Shown here piece after piece: positions 10,072 through 21,363 of a DNA stretch of 64,000 bases. Both the position numbers and the translations under genes were made by a program. Each line of letters starts with the position of its first letter. The stretch's first letter is position 1. The notes under the pieces are model-generated. The model was not told the DNA's origin. It worked only from the letters and a program-made list of their open reading frames with translations, and did not search any database. Source of the stretch: Gammaproteobacteria bacterium (GTDB lineage: Bacteria > Pseudomonadota > Gammaproteobacteria > Ga0077536); assembly GCA_963662545.2 (NCBI GenBank), contig CAXXLL010000003.1, positions 544,001 to 608,000 of the forward strand, given 5' to 3'.

Positions 10072-10560
10072 CTAGCGATATCGGGATTCCGCGGCCCTGT
10101 CGGCTGCAATCTGCTCTTCAAAGCGGTCCGCATTGGCAATCAGTTGTTCCTTGGTGATCAACAAATCGCCGCGTTGTTCGCCGTGATATTCGAAATGCCG
10201 CGTCTCCACGATAGCGTCGACCGGGCAGGACTCCTCGCAGAATCCACAGAATATGCACTTGGCAAGATCGATGTCGTAGCGGGTCGTGCGCCGCGTGCCG
10301 TCTTCACGTTGCTCGGACTCAATGGTGATTGCAACAGCGGGACAGACCGCTTCGCAGAGTTGACAGGCGATACACCGCTCCTCCCCGTTCGGATATCGGC
10401 GCAGGGCGTGCAGTCCCCGGAAACGCGGCGATTGTGGCGTTTGCTCTTCCGGATACTGCACCGTGATCTTGCGGTCGATGAGGTAAGCGCCGGTCAGGCG
10501 CAATCCCTTGACCAACTCCCAGAGAGTCAAACTCTTCAAATAGTTGACGACCGCGCTCAT
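10072..10560 (-). CDS. nuoI: NADH-quinone oxidoreductase subunit I (start taken at MSAVVNY)
   Basis: Two [4Fe-4S] motifs, [12 protein letters not shown] and [12 protein letters not shown]; SPRFRGLH. Confidence 0.96.
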   Translation of the reverse strand: MSAVVNYLKSLTLWELVKGLRLTGAYLIDRKITVQYPEEQTPQSPRFRGLHALRRYPNGEERCIACQLCEAVCPAVAITIESEQREDGTRRTTRYDIDLAKCIFCGFCEESCPVDAIVETRHFEYHGEQRGDLLITKEQLIANADRFEEQIAADRAAESRYR

Positions 10561-10570
10561 CAATTCGACC

Positions 10571-11620
10571 TCATGCCCCGTTGAACCACGGTGGTACCCG
10601 CCACACGACCATGACCGCAACCACAACTATCCAGACCATGGTGATCGGGAGAAAAATCTTCCAGCCCAAGCGCATGATCTGGTCATAGCGGTAGCGCGGA
10701 AAGGTCGCACGAAACCACAAGAATAGGAACAGAAAGATGCTGGTTTTCGCAAAAAACCAGAGGATGCTGTCCGGGACGCCCGGGATGGGCGACAACCAAC
10801 CACCGAGAAACAGGACGGCGGCCAGGCCCGATATCAAGATCATATTGGCGTATTCCGCCAGAAAGAATAGCGCGAATGCCATGCCGGCGTATTCAACGTG
10901 GAAACCCGCGACGATTTCCGATTCGCCTTCACTTACGTCGAAAGGCGCGCGGTTGGTTTCCGCCACGCCCGAAATGAAATAGATGAAAAAAAGCGGCAGC
11001 AACGGCACCCAAAACCAGTTTAAGACGCTGAAATCGCCGCGCTGCGCCTCGACGATCTCGCCCAAGTTAAGGCTGCCCGCGGCGACCAGTACCCCGACCA
11101 GGGCAAAGCCCATTGGAATTTCGTAAGACACGATTTGTGCAGCGGAACGCATTGCGCCGAGAAACGCGTATTTCGAATTTGATGCCCAGCCGGCAATGAT
11201 GATGCCGTAGACGCCAAGCGAGGTGAGCGCCAGTATGTAAAGTAATCCTGCATTGATGTCCGCGAGAACCATTTCAGCGCCGAACGGGATGACCGCCCAC
11301 GCCGCCAGCGCAGGGGCCAGAGCTAGAATCGGGGCCGCCAGGAAAAGAAACCGATTCGCGCCGCTGGGAATGACGACTTCCTTGAACATCAGCTTGAGTG
11401 AATCCGCGATCGGTTGGAGTAAACCGCGCGGCCCGACCCTGTTTGGCCCGATACGGACCTGCATGAAGCCAATGACCTTGCGCTCGGCAAGCGTCAGATA
11501 CGCCACCACACCCATAAGCGGTAAAACGATAGCGAGGATCTTGAGCACGATGATCGTAGTCGTGACAGCCGGGTCTGGCAGCCAGGTGAGTTGTGACTCG
11601 ATCATTGCGACGATATTCAT
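10571..11620 (-). CDS. nuoH: NADH-quinone oxidoreductase subunit H
   Basis: [47 protein letters not shown]. Confidence 0.96.
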   Translation of the reverse strand: MNIVAMIESQLTWLPDPAVTTTIIVLKILAIVLPLMGVVAYLTLAERKVIGFMQVRIGPNRVGPRGLLQPIADSLKLMFKEVVIPSGANRFLFLAAPILALAPALAAWAVIPFGAEMVLADINAGLLYILALTSLGVYGIIIAGWASNSKYAFLGAMRSAAQIVSYEIPMGFALVGVLVAAGSLNLGEIVEAQRGDFSVLNWFWVPLLPLFFIYFISGVAETNRAPFDVSEGESEIVAGFHVEYAGMAFALFFLAEYANMILISGLAAVLFLGGWLSPIPGVPDSILWFFAKTSIFLFLFLWFRATFPRYRYDQIMRLGWKIFLPITMVWIVVVAVMVVWRVPPWFNGA

Positions 11621-14016
11621 TCCGCCGCGGCCTCTCCTGCGAAAGTGAGTTCAACGGCTGCGCCGTTGACCGCCACTCGCGCCGTCGCGGACCGCGCGCC
11701 GTGAATCAAACAGGCGCCTTTCGGGACGCCTTCGTCGATACCGATTTCGGCGATGAGCTGCGCGCCGTTGACGCTGACCTTGGCGCGGCTACCGTCCGTA
11801 AGATCGAGTAAGGCGGCCGTCGCTGCCGAAATCCGTACCCGGTCATCGCCGCTTTGCGGCATTTCCTGCAGTGCAGGCGCATGGCGTAGCAGCGGATCGC
11901 TTGAATACAGCGGAATCTCGACGATGAGTTCGAGCCGCCGGTCGTCAATAATCCGCGTTTCGGCGTCGAGCGACGCTACCCTTTGCATAGACGGCCTGGC
12001 GTCGCCAACCAAGGACTCGATCTCGCGGGTGATTTCTTCACAAGTCACCGCGTCGAATCCCGCGAGGCCCAGTTCATTGCCGAGCACACGGAGAATTTTC
12101 CACGCCGGTCGCGTGGCTGCGCGCGGCTTGACCGCCGCGGCGAAACGCTGCCAGTCGCCCATTGCGTTGACAAAGGAACCCTCGTTCTCACCGTAGATTG
12201 CCATCGGCAGAACGACATCCGCTGTCTTGGCGATGGCATCGTTTTCATAAGCGCTGATCGCGACCACAAATTCCGCCGTTTCGAGCGCGGCAAGAGCGCC
12301 GCCGGTATCTGCACAATCCAGATCCGGTTCAACGCCTAGCAGTACGTAAGCACGCCTGGGATTTTCGATCATTTCACGCATGTTACGCCCCGGTGCATCG
12401 AGCAACCTGCCGCCCGGCCCGCGGTGGGGAACGGCACCGGCCAACCACGCGCCGGCCGCGTTAGCACCTTCGACCAGATAACCAACCGAGGCGCCCGTCA
12501 CTCTGGCAAGCGCGGATGCGATCTGGCATAAAGCCCCACGCTCCGGGTGGGCGTGGACCGTTGCACCGACGAGCACGACGGCGTGCTCCGCGCTGCTGAG
12601 TTTTTCCGCCATTGACGAAGTCGAATCACCGTCCACGGCCAGTTCATCGACCAGCTTGTCGAGCGGCGCGTCGATCTCGGTTTTTCCATATTTCGCGACG
12701 GCGGCGGCTAGCGCCGCGGCCACCCCGGCGAGCCTCGAGGGTTTGACGATTTCCCGTAAATAAAGATCGAAATTGAATGCTCGCCCGCAGGTATCGATCT
12801 GCATTATCGCGGCCCCGGTCAGCGCAGCTTTGCGCAGGCGCAGGTTGATTAAAGGTTGCTCGTGGCGCGGAAAAGATCCTAATAGGAGCACCGCATCGGC
12901 GTTTTCGAGCGCGCTGATGGATTCCAGCCCCGGGTATCGAGGCTCCGTATTCTGGTCCGAAAAATCAATCTGGCGCAGCCTGTGATCGACATTGTGCGAA
13001 CCCAATCCGCGCATCAGGCGCTGCAACAGGAATAATTCCTCGGTAGTCGATGACGGCGACGCCAGCGCCGCAAGCTGCTGGCCATCCTCGCCGGCGATCC
13101 GACCGAGATTATCCGCTACTAACTTCAAGGCCGTACCCCAGTCGCAATCGGTCCAGCGGCCTTCGCGCTTCACGCGCGGCGAATTCAGACGCTCCGGATG
13201 GTTCATCCCCTCGTAACTGTAGCGATCGCAATCGGATAACCACGTCTGGTTGATCGCGGCATGCTCGCGCGGAATGACGCGTTTGACGATCTGATCTTTA
13301 ATATGAAAATGGATGTTGGAGCCCAGGCAGTCATGCGGGGCAATGCCGTCGTGCTGTTTCAGTTCCCACGCGCGAGCCGAATAACGGTAGGGTTTACTGG
13401 TCAGGGCACCTACCGGACACAGGTCGATGACGTTACCCGACAACTCCGAAGTCATGGCCTTTTCTATATACGTCCCGATCTCCATGTGTTCGCTGCGCCC
13501 CGTTGCGCCCAACTCGCGCAATCCCGCTATTTCTTCCCCGAAGCGCACGCATCGCGTGCAATGGATGCAACGCGTCATGTCCGTCTGCACCAGGGGCCCG
13601 ATGTTCTTGTCGCGTACGACGCGCTTTCGCTCGGAATAACGGGAAACGTCGCCGCCGTATCCCATGGCGAGGTCCTGCAGCTCGCACTCACCGCCCTGGT
13701 CGCAGATCGGGCAGTCCAGCGGATGATTAATAAGCAGGAACTCCATGGTCGAATGCTGGGCGTCAACCGCGATTTTCGAACGCGTAAACACCTTCATGCC
13801 CTCCATGACCGGTGCGGCGCATGCCGGCAGCGGTTTGGGCGCGCGCTCGACCTCGACCAGGCACATGCGGCAGTTGGCCGCGATACTCAGGTGCTTGTGA
13901 TAGCAGAAGCGCGGAATGTATATCCCGGCTTCGTCCGTCGCTTCGATCAGCATCGCGCCTTTGCGCGCTTCGATTTCGCGTCCGTCAACCTCGATTTTGA
14001 TGCGCTCTTCACTCAT
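11617..14016 (-). CDS. nuoG: NADH-quinone oxidoreductase subunit G
   Basis: [56 protein letters not shown]. Confidence 0.96.
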   Translation of the reverse strand: MSEERIKIEVDGREIEARKGAMLIEATDEAGIYIPRFCYHKHLSIAANCRMCLVEVERAPKPLPACAAPVMEGMKVFTRSKIAVDAQHSTMEFLLINHPLDCPICDQGGECELQDLAMGYGGDVSRYSERKRVVRDKNIGPLVQTDMTRCIHCTRCVRFGEEIAGLRELGATGRSEHMEIGTYIEKAMTSELSGNVIDLCPVGALTSKPYRYSARAWELKQHDGIAPHDCLGSNIHFHIKDQIVKRVIPREHAAINQTWLSDCDRYSYEGMNHPERLNSPRVKREGRWTDCDWGTALKLVADNLGRIAGEDGQQLAALASPSSTTEELFLLQRLMRGLGSHNVDHRLRQIDFSDQNTEPRYPGLESISALENADAVLLLGSFPRHEQPLINLRLRKAALTGAAIMQIDTCGRAFNFDLYLREIVKPSRLAGVAAALAAAVAKYGKTEIDAPLDKLVDELAVDGDSTSSMAEKLSSAEHAVVLVGATVHAHPERGALCQIASALARVTGASVGYLVEGANAAGAWLAGAVPHRGPGGRLLDAPGRNMREMIENPRRAYVLLGVEPDLDCADTGGALAALETAEFVVAISAYENDAIAKTADVVLPMAIYGENEGSFVNAMGDWQRFAAAVKPRAATRPAWKILRVLGNELGLAGFDAVTCEEITREIESLVGDARPSMQRVASLDAETRIIDDRRLELIVEIPLYSSDPLLRHAPALQEMPQSGDDRVRISAATAALLDLTDGSRAKVSVNGAQLIAEIGIDEGVPKGACLIHGARSATARVAVNGAAVELTFAGEAAAE

Positions 14017-14021
14017 GTCGA

Positions 14022-15326
14022 TCAGGCGGCCGCCGAATGGCCGCCGGCCTCCAGAATACTGCGACCATGCTCGATGTAGTGCTCGAATTCATGGGAAAAG
14101 TGTTTGATGAAACTCTGCACCGGCCAGGCCGCTGCGTCGCCAAGCGCGCAGATCGTACGGCCTTCGATCTTGCCAGCCACATCAACCAGCTTGTCCAAAT
14201 CTTCGAGACGGCCGTCGCCTTCGATAATGCGGGTAATCATGCGGTAAATCCAACCCGTGCCTTCGCGACATGGCGTACACTGGCCGCAGGATTCCGCGTA
14301 GTAAAAGCGCGATATGCGCTGCAAGACCTTGACCATGTCGGTGGTTTCGTCCATGACGACGACGGCGCCGGAACCCAAGAGCGATCCGGCCGCCGCAATC
14401 GAGTCGTAATCCATGTCGACCTCCATCATGATCTTGCCGGGTAGTACGGGCACCGAAGAACCGCCGGGAATAACGGCCTTGAGTTCGCGGCCGTCCAGGA
14501 CACCCCCGGCCAGGTCGAGGAGCTCGCGGAACGGCGTGCTCATCGGTACTTCGAAGTTGCCCGGATTGTTGACGTGACCATTGACGGAAAATATTTTCGT
14601 TCCGCCATTATTCGGTTTACCCAAATCGGCAAACCACTGAGGCCCGTTGCGCAATATCGTCGGCACCGAAGCCAAGGTTTCCGTATTGTTAATCGTCGTG
14701 GGCTGACCATAGAGGCCGTAGCCGGCGGGAAATGGGGGTTTGAACCGCGGCATCCCCTTCTTGCCTTCGAGCGATTCGAGCAGGGCCGTTTCTTCGCCAC
14801 AGATGTAGGCGCCGGCACCCAGATGATTGTGGAGGTCGAAATCGATGCCCGAGCCCATGATGTTGCGGCCCAGATAACCGGCGTCGACGGCTTCGATCAA
14901 CGCATTCTCGATGCGCGTGGCGGGTTCGTCCATGAATTCGCCGCGCACGTAATTGTAACCCACGGTCGCGCCAATCGCGTACCCCGCAATCGCCATGCCT
15001 TCGATTAGCGAATGCGGGTTGAACCGCAGAATGTCCCGATCCTTGCACGTTCCCGGCTCGCTCTCGTCGGAGTTGCACACGATGTACTTCTGCATGTCAC
15101 CCTTGGGCATGAAACTCCACTTTACGCCGGCTGGGAATCCGGCACCGCCCCGTCCGCGCAGCCCGGACGCCTTGATGTCTTCGATGATCTCGTCAGGCGG
15201 TGTCCGTTCTTTGACGATCTTCTCCCAAGCTGTGTAGCCGCCGATGGCGCGATAGTTCTCGAGCGTCCACGGCTCGTCGAATTTGAGCGTCGCGAAACAC
15301 GTCAAGTCGAGTTCGACGTTACTCAT
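14022..15326 (-). CDS. nuoF: NADH-quinone oxidoreductase subunit F
   Basis: [41 protein letters not shown]. Confidence 0.97.
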   Translation of the reverse strand: MSNVELDLTCFATLKFDEPWTLENYRAIGGYTAWEKIVKERTPPDEIIEDIKASGLRGRGGAGFPAGVKWSFMPKGDMQKYIVCNSDESEPGTCKDRDILRFNPHSLIEGMAIAGYAIGATVGYNYVRGEFMDEPATRIENALIEAVDAGYLGRNIMGSGIDFDLHNHLGAGAYICGEETALLESLEGKKGMPRFKPPFPAGYGLYGQPTTINNTETLASVPTILRNGPQWFADLGKPNNGGTKIFSVNGHVNNPGNFEVPMSTPFRELLDLAGGVLDGRELKAVIPGGSSVPVLPGKIMMEVDMDYDSIAAAGSLLGSGAVVVMDETTDMVKVLQRISRFYYAESCGQCTPCREGTGWIYRMITRIIEGDGRLEDLDKLVDVAGKIEGRTICALGDAAAWPVQSFIKHFSHEFEHYIEHGRSILEAGGHSAAA

Positions 15327-15820
15327 TCCAATTTATCCAGGATTTTGTCGACCCGTTCGCCGGTCAGGTTCTCGTAATAAACATGATCGACCATCATCAT
15401 GGGCGCGCCGCAACAGGCGGCCAGACACTCTTCTTCTTTCTTCAGGAAGAATTTGCCGTCACTCGTCGACTCTCCGATCTCAATCCCAAGCTTGCGCTCG
15501 ATATAGCTGATGATCTCGTCCCCACCGCGCAGCATGCATGACAAATTATTGCAGACCGAAATACTGTGGCGGCCGACCGGCTCCGTTTCGAGCATGGAGT
15601 AAAAACTTGCAACCTCGTAGACGGCGATGCGCGGCATTTCCAGGTAGTCCGCGACGGCGTCCATCAACGCTTCGGTGAGATAACCCCCGTTCTCATGCTG
15701 AACCTCCGTCAGCGCCGTAAGTACCGCGGACTGTTTCTGTTCCGGCGGATATTTCACGACCGCTCGGTCGATCGCCGCGCGCGAATGTTCCGATAGCGTA
15801 TGAAAAGTTTGTTCGCCCAT
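15323..15820 (-). CDS. nuoE: NADH-quinone oxidoreductase subunit E
   Basis: [30 protein letters not shown] [2Fe-2S] ligands. Confidence 0.95.
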   Translation of the reverse strand: MGEQTFHTLSEHSRAAIDRAVVKYPPEQKQSAVLTALTEVQHENGGYLTEALMDAVADYLEMPRIAVYEVASFYSMLETEPVGRHSISVCNNLSCMLRGGDEIISYIERKLGIEIGESTSDGKFFLKKEEECLAACCGAPMMMVDHVYYENLTGERVDKILDKLE

Positions 15821-15831
15821 CGATATTTACC

Positions 15832-17085
15832 CTAGCGGTCGATCTCGCCGAAGACGAGATCCATCGTCCCGATGACCGCCACGACATCGGCCAGCATATG
15901 TCCTTCCACCATCTCGTTCATGGCCGACAGATGGGCGAAGCCTGCCGCGCGGGCTTTGAGCCGGTAGGGTTTGTTGGCGCCATCGGAAACCAGGTAAATG
16001 CCGAATTCGCCCTTGGGGTGTTCGATCGCGGCATACACTTCGCCTTCGGGCACGCAATAACCTTCGGTAAACAGTTTGAAGTGATGAATCAGCGATTCCA
16101 TGTCGCCTTTCATGTCGCCGCGCAGCGGCGGCGTTAATTTGTGGTCTTCCAGAATTACCGGGCCCGGATACTCACGCAGCCACGCTACGCATTGCTTGAT
16201 CAAGTGCGCCGATTGCCGCATCTCCTCGATTCGGACCAGATATCGATCGTAGCAGTCGCCGTTCGTACCGACCGGTATTTCGAACTCGAGCCGGTCGTAG
16301 ACTTCGTAGGGTTGTTTCTTTCGCAGGTCCCAGGCTAATCCTGAACCCCGCAGCATCGGCCCCGTAAATCCAAGCGCGAGCGCACGCTCGGCCGTGACAA
16401 TTCCAATGTCGACCGTACGTTGCTTCCAGATGCGGTTGTCCGTCAGCAGCGTTTCGTATTCGTCCACGCATCCCGGAAAGCGATCGGCAAAATCGTCGAT
16501 GAAATCAAGCAAAGACCCCTGCCTGTTTTCGTTCATCTTCTGGACGTCTTTCTCGCTGTGCCATTTCGATGCTTGATATTTCGGCATGACCTCGGGCAGA
16601 TCACGGTAGACGCCGCCCGGTCGATAATACGTCGCGTGCATACGCGTACCGGACACGGCTTCATAGCAGTCCATGAGATCCTCGCGCTCGCGAAAACAAT
16701 AGAGAAACATGGTCATGGCACCGATATCGAGAGCATGGGTGCCGAGCCACAACAGGTGGTTCAAAATGCGCGTAATCTCGTCGAACATCACGCGGATGTA
16801 TTGCGCGCGTAGCGGCGGGGCGATTCCCAGCAATTTCTCGATAGCCAGGACGTAGGCGTGCTCGTTGCACATCATGGACACGTAGTCCAAGCGATCCATG
16901 TAGCCGATGCTCTGATTAAAGGGCTTGTCTTCCGCCAGTTTTTCAGTCGCGCGGTGCAACAGGCCGACATGCGGATCGGCGCGTTCGATGGTTTCGCCAT
17001 CCATCTCGAGTACGAGACGCAGGACGCCGTGCGCGGCCGGATGCTGCGGTCCGAAATTGAGCGTCAGGTTTCGAATCTCAGGCAT
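15832..17085 (-). CDS. nuoD: NADH-quinone oxidoreductase subunit D (separate from NuoC; start MPEIRN)
   Basis: [36 protein letters not shown]. Confidence 0.97.
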   Translation of the reverse strand: MPEIRNLTLNFGPQHPAAHGVLRLVLEMDGETIERADPHVGLLHRATEKLAEDKPFNQSIGYMDRLDYVSMMCNEHAYVLAIEKLLGIAPPLRAQYIRVMFDEITRILNHLLWLGTHALDIGAMTMFLYCFREREDLMDCYEAVSGTRMHATYYRPGGVYRDLPEVMPKYQASKWHSEKDVQKMNENRQGSLLDFIDDFADRFPGCVDEYETLLTDNRIWKQRTVDIGIVTAERALALGFTGPMLRGSGLAWDLRKKQPYEVYDRLEFEIPVGTNGDCYDRYLVRIEEMRQSAHLIKQCVAWLREYPGPVILEDHKLTPPLRGDMKGDMESLIHHFKLFTEGYCVPEGEVYAAIEHPKGEFGIYLVSDGANKPYRLKARAAGFAHLSAMNEMVEGHMLADVVAVIGTMDLVFGEIDR

Positions 17086-17782
17086 CGCCGCCTTCGTCGC
17101 CAACCGGTTTGGATGAATGCAGCCAGGTTTCCTCGCGAATGACCCGCGGTACGAGCGTGCGCGGTTCGATACTGACCGGTTGATTTACGACCCGTTTTTT
17201 TTCCGGGTCGTAACGGACTTCAACGTACCCCTCGAGTGGAAAATCCTTGCGGAAGGGATGGCCAATGAAACCGTAATCCGTGAGGATGCGGCGTAGATCG
17301 GGATGCCCATCGAACAACACCCCGAACAGATCGAAAGCTTCGCGCTCGTACCAGTTCGCCGAGGGCCAGACTTCCACCACCGAATCGATCTTCGGCGGTT
17401 CACCGTCGAGATAAACCTTCACTCGCACGCGGTGGTTGTGCTCGACGGAAAGCAATTGATAAGCGATACCGTAGCGCTTTCGCTCGTCGATATCGGAACG
17501 CAACGTCGAGCCGGAACTCACGCCACGGCTGAACCCTGCGGTCGTGGCATTCTGGGTCTGCCAGTCAGCCTCGCCGTAAGTAAGGTAATCGACGGCACTC
17601 AAGTCGCTCAACTGCGTAAAGCTGAGACGCGGATCGTCCTTGCATAGTCGAGCTACCTCGACGATCCGGTCCGGGTCCACTTCGACCGTAATCTCGCCAC
17701 GTTCTATCCGGCGGTCGCGAACGGCGTCACCCAGCACGTCGTCCAGGACCACGGCCAGGGCTTCGAGTTTGTGTGAAGACAT
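17078..17782 (-). CDS. nuoC: NADH-quinone oxidoreductase subunit C
   Basis: [36 protein letters not shown]. Confidence 0.96.
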   Translation of the reverse strand: MSSHKLEALAVVLDDVLGDAVRDRRIERGEITVEVDPDRIVEVARLCKDDPRLSFTQLSDLSAVDYLTYGEADWQTQNATTAGFSRGVSSGSTLRSDIDERKRYGIAYQLLSVEHNHRVRVKVYLDGEPPKIDSVVEVWPSANWYEREAFDLFGVLFDGHPDLRRILTDYGFIGHPFRKDFPLEGYVEVRYDPEKKRVVNQPVSIEPRTLVPRVIREETWLHSSKPVGDEGGDA

Positions 17783-17812
17783 TGGGGCGGGTACGGTCGG
17801 GCGGGTATCGGA

Positions 17813-18286
17813 TCAGGTCCGGCTGATGGTGTTGGTTCGCTTGATCTTTTTTTGCAGCTGGATTATGCCGAACAGCAAGGCTTCGGCAGTGGGCGGGCAT
17901 CCCGGCACGTAGATATCGACCGGAACGATGCGATCGCAACCACGGACCACCGAATAAGAGTAATGGTAATAACCGCCGCCGTTCGCGCACGAACCCATGG
18001 AGATCACCCACTTGGGCTCGGTCATCTGGTCGTAGACCTTGCGCAGCGCAGGCGCCATTTTATTCACCAGCGTACCCGCGACGATCATGACGTCGGACTG
18101 GCGCGGGCTCCCTCGGAACACGATGCCAAAGCGGTCCAGATCGTAGCGCGAAGCTCCGGCGTGCATCATTTCGACTGCGCAGCATGCCAGACCAAAGGTC
18201 ATGGGCCACATCGAGCCCGTGCGGGCCCAGTTTACGACCGCGTCCACGGTCGTCGTGACGAACCCCTTGTCCTGGATTTCGCTCAT
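17813..18286 (-). CDS. nuoB: NADH-quinone oxidoreductase subunit B (ATGA overlap with nuoA stop)
   Basis: [30 protein letters not shown]. Confidence 0.97.
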   Translation of the reverse strand: MSEIQDKGFVTTTVDAVVNWARTGSMWPMTFGLACCAVEMMHAGASRYDLDRFGIVFRGSPRQSDVMIVAGTLVNKMAPALRKVYDQMTEPKWVISMGSCANGGGYYHYSYSVVRGCDRIVPVDIYVPGCPPTAEALLFGIIQLQKKIKRTNTISRT

Positions 18287-18651
18287 TCCCATTCCAGAGC
18301 TCCCTTGCGCCACTCGTAGATGAAACCGACGACTAAAATGCCGAGGAAAATCATCATGGCCCAAAACCCGTAGGTACCGACCTCACTGAGAACCACCGCC
18401 CAGGGAAAGAAAAATGCAATCTCGAGATCGAAGATGATGAACAGAATTGCCACCAGGTAATAGCGGATATCGAATTTCATACGCGCGTCTTCGAATGCCT
18501 CGAATCCGCATTCGTAGGGCGACGATTTCTCGCTGTCCGGCCGGTATACACCGAGGATCTGGCCGATGCCGAAGCTCGCGCCCAGCGCGACGATGCCGAT
18601 GGCCACACCGATCGTGACGAAGATCAATATGGGCAGGTAGAGTTCCAGCAC
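18283..18651 (-). CDS. nuoA: NADH-quinone oxidoreductase subunit A
   Basis: [25 protein letters not shown]. Confidence 0.96.
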   Translation of the reverse strand: MLELYLPILIFVTIGVAIGIVALGASFGIGQILGVYRPDSEKSSPYECGFEAFEDARMKFDIRYYLVAILFIIFDLEIAFFFPWAVVLSEVGTYGFWAMMIFLGILVVGFIYEWRKGALEWE

Positions 18652-18691
18652 GGATTTAGATGCCCCGTAAGGTAGGCCAATACCATTTCAC

Positions 18692-18859
18692 CTAGCAGCC
18701 TGTCGGACTTAGGGAATCGTAGCGAGGCGGGTGGGAGAGCGGTCTGAGAGGTGTCATGGTTTGCGGCGAATAGTGGGGCTATTTAACGAAAACCATGGCG
18801 CATCTGGACCGCTATCCCAACGCCCGAGTCAATTCTTCCTAAGTCCGACAGGCTGCTAG
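18692..18859. mobile_element. MITE-like palindromic element upstream of nuoA (168 bp)
   Basis: Perfect 22-bp inverted ends CTAGCAGCCTGTCGGACTTAGG / CCTAAGTCCGACAGGCTGCTAG, CTAG at both ends, long imperfect internal stem; no coding capacity. Confidence 0.75.
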
Positions 18860-18992
18860 TGGTTCATTGTACCCGATCATTCCTGCACGCCGGAGCCTTG
18901 CGTGTCTTAATCAGGCCTTGGGCAGGCCGTTACACTCGCCGTATCGTCCAGACTCATACGATCCGCGGCGGCGGTGCGCGGCGGTCTGTGAA

Positions 18993-19078
18993 TGGTGCCG
19001 ATGGCCGGAGTCGAACCGGCACGCCTTGCGGCACTGCCCCCTCAAGACAGCGTGTCTACCAAATTCCACCACATCGGC
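18993..19078 (-). tRNA. tRNA-Leu(GAG)
   Basis: GCCGATG...anticodon arm CTGTC-TTGAGGG-GGCAG, long variable arm, GGTTCGACTCC, 3' CCA; typical secG-tRNA-Leu-nuoA synteny. Confidence 0.96.
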
Positions 19079-19180
19079 ATGGGCGTTCGCGTGACGGCCG
19101 GACCGTTTCAAATTCGACCGTCATCGGGGTGTGCCATGATACGAAAAGCCCACGACACGTTCCAACGACACGGGAGGAGC

Positions 19181-19292
19181 TTTAACGCGCATATCTCACC
19201 AACCCTTCTACTGTGGCGGCCCAATCGCTCGCCCTGACGGGCGTGCGATTGAATCGCCTCGCTACGAACGCTGGCGAGATATGCGCGTTAAA
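19181..19292. mobile_element. MITE-like palindromic element between tRNA-Leu and secG
   Basis: TTTAACGCGCATATCTCACCA / TGGCGAGATATGCGCGTTAAA (21 bp, 1 mismatch), TTAA at both ends, internal hairpin CAATCGCTCGCCC..GGGCGTGCGATTG. Confidence 0.7.
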
Positions 19293-19302
19293 CAGCGTTG
19301 AT

Positions 19303-19668
19303 TTATGGATCGATGGGAATATCCGGAAGATCGTCCTGGCTTACCGGCGTCGGCGGCAAATCGGGTAAAAGCTGCTCCACCGGGATCTCGATGGCGGGCG
19401 TGTCCACCTGGTCCAACAGGCTCTTAGGTTCGATGGCCTGACTGTAGAGATAGGCGAGATACATGCTGTTGGCTAGAAACAGAAAAGCAAGGACCGAAGT
19501 CAACCGCGTCAGAAACGACCCCGATCCGCGCGAGCCGAACACCGTGGAGGAAGCGCCGCTGCCGAAAGCAGCTCCGGCGGTCGCGCCTTTGCCCTGCTGG
19601 ATCAGAATGACGCCGATCAACAGGAGCGCAACCACGATGTGTAATGCGAGCAATATTGTAAGGAGCAC
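19303..19668 (-). CDS. secG: Preprotein translocase subunit SecG
   Basis: LIQQGKGA.AGAAFGSGASSTVFGSRG...FLTRLT; directly downstream of tpiA. Confidence 0.95.
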   Translation of the reverse strand: MLLTILLALHIVVALLLIGVILIQQGKGATAGAAFGSGASSTVFGSRGSGSFLTRLTSVLAFLFLANSMYLAYLYSQAIEPKSLLDQVDTPAIEIPVEQLLPDLPPTPVSQDDLPDIPIDP

Positions 19669-19702
19669 TAATTTTCTCCCTTCCCGGCCCCGCGGGGTGG
19701 AC

Positions 19703-20461
19703 TCATGATGCCGCCGTTCGGCAAATGGCCATGAACGACTCGGCCTTGAGCGACGCTCCTCCGATCAGAGCACCGTCGATGTCCGGCATTGCAAACAATT
19801 CAGCAGCGTTCTCCGGTTTAACACTGCCTCCGTATAACACGCGCGCGGTCTCGGCCAATTGCGCGTCGATCTTGGCCAGGCGCGCGCGGATCAAGCTATG
19901 TACACGCTGTGCCTGGTCGGGCGCCGCCGACTCTCCGGTTCCAATCGCCCAGACCGGTTCGTAGGCGATGACCGTATTACCTAGAATTGCGGATGCCTCG
20001 GCCTGGGCGGTGACGGCCTCGAGCTGGCGGGCGACTATTGATTCGGTCGCGTTCTGCTTGCGTTCTTCCAGCGTTTCCCCGACGCAGAAAATTACGATCA
20101 ACTCTGCCGCATACGCCTGACGAATCTTAGCGGCAATGCGCTCGTCGGTGTCGCCGAAGAACTGGCGACGTTCTGAATGGCCGATTATAACGTGCGAGCA
20201 TCCAACGTCGCGCAGCATCGGCGCGGCGGTTTCCCCGGTGTAAGCACCACTTTCAAATTCCGAACAGTCCTGCGCACCCACCCCGAGCGTGCGGCCGGCC
20301 GCGGCGGACGCAACCAGGTTCAGGTACGGCGCGGGCGGGCACAAAACGACGTCGACGTCCTCGGCACCGTCGCTCGCGGCCATCACGGCCTCGGTGAGCG
20401 CGACCGCCATCGCGCGCGAGCCGTTCATCTTCCAGTTGCCGGCAATTAAGGGGCGACGCAT
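19703..20461 (-). CDS. tpiA: Triosephosphate isomerase
   Basis: AGNWKMNG, IGHSERR, AYEPVWAIGTG, LYGGSV, GGASL. Confidence 0.98.
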   Translation of the reverse strand: MRRPLIAGNWKMNGSRAMAVALTEAVMAASDGAEDVDVVLCPPAPYLNLVASAAAGRTLGVGAQDCSEFESGAYTGETAAPMLRDVGCSHVIIGHSERRQFFGDTDERIAAKIRQAYAAELIVIFCVGETLEERKQNATESIVARQLEAVTAQAEASAILGNTVIAYEPVWAIGTGESAAPDQAQRVHSLIRARLAKIDAQLAETARVLYGGSVKPENAAELFAMPDIDGALIGGASLKAESFMAICRTAAS

Positions 20462-20537
20462 GGTCCTGTGTCAGGGCCTCGGTAAAAGGCGGCCAAGCTT
20501 AGCGGCGATGTTAGGGGAGATCAACGCAGCGCAACCT

Positions 20538-20706
20538 TTAAGGAACCTCTGAATAAGTCATGGCACATCTGCCTTGCCCATGAAATTGCGCAGCTCGGCG
20601 TTACGAACCTTGCCCATAGTCCCCGCTATGGCCTGCGATTCGTGCCTTGATCTGCACCATTGCATGAACAATTCAGACGCACCATGATTTATTCAGAGGT
20701 TCCTAA
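20538..20706. mobile_element. MITE-like palindromic element upstream of tpiA, overlapping the 3' end of the EndoIII-like gene (169 bp)
   Basis: AGGAACCTCTGAATAAGTCATGG / CCATGATTTATTCAGAGGTTCCT (23 bp, 1 mismatch), TTAA and CTAA at the ends. Confidence 0.75.
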
Positions 20707-21363
20707 CAGCGCACGCCGGTATCCGCATCGCGGTCCAAGAGCACATGATTCACAGCGCGGCTCGACCCGGCAGCGTTCTTTTCCGTGCGCAACGATCAAG
20801 GCGTGATACTCCCCGTAGCTCGCAGCCGTGCCAAGTAGGGTACTCTCCAGCAACTCGCGCAGGACCTCGTAAGGTTCGCTGCCGTCGATCATGCCGATAC
20901 GCGCGAACAGGCGGCGGGTGTAGGTGTCGATAACAAAGCACGGCCGCCGAAAGGCATAGAGCGATATAACGTCGGCCGTCTCCGGGCCGATGCCGTTGAT
21001 CGCGAGGAGTTCTTCGCGCAGGGCCGCATCGCTCAAAGTGGCCACGCCACCGATCCCGCCACGATCCTGGAGCCAGGCGCTCACGGCGGTGAGACGCGCC
21101 GCTTTTTGGCGATAGAATCCCGCCGGGCGCACCGCGCGGAGGAGGACACCCGACGCGGCGCCCTGCAGCGCGCCGGGATCCAGCAGGCCGCCAGCGCGCA
21201 AATTTGCGAGCGCCAGTTCGACATTATGCCACGACGTTCGTTGGGTCAGGATCGCACCGACCATGACTTCGAATGTGGAGTCCGCCGGCCACCACGCTTG
21301 CGCGCCGTACGTTCGGTGCAGTACTTCGTATACGGACTCAAGCGCGGCGCGAGCGAGTTTCAT
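20689..21363 (-). CDS. Endonuclease III-like HhH-GPD DNA glycosylase (start taken at MKLARAA)
   Basis: WWPA...FEVMVGAILTQRTSW, LLAINGIGPETAD HhH motif, C-terminal C-x5-C-x2-C-x5-C Fe-S motif. Confidence 0.88.
   Translation of the reverse strand: MKLARAALESVYEVLHRTYGAQAWWPADSTFEVMVGAILTQRTSWHNVELALANLRAGGLLDPGALQGAASGVLLRAVRPAGFYRQKAARLTAVSAWLQDRGGIGGVATLSDAALREELLAINGIGPETADVISLYAFRRPCFVIDTYTRRLFARIGMIDGSEPYEVLRELLESTLLGTAASYGEYHALIVAHGKERCRVEPRCESCALGPRCGYRRALLGTSE

Noticed and set aside
13261-14079. Long antisense or alternate-frame ORFs (also 5573-6268, 7354-8064, 32994-33680, 53828-54589, 57079-57777)
   Set aside because: Shadow ORFs of GC-rich genes with no recognisable motifs
3934-18651. 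Unfused nuoC and nuoD in a 14-gene operon
   Set aside because: This is the usual arrangement outside enterobacteria-like lineages, as is the tpiA-secG-tRNA-Leu-nuo synteny
18652-19302. tRNA-Leu as an integration site for an island
   Set aside because: No integrase, no duplicated tRNA 3' end and core genes on both sides; only small palindromic elements are present
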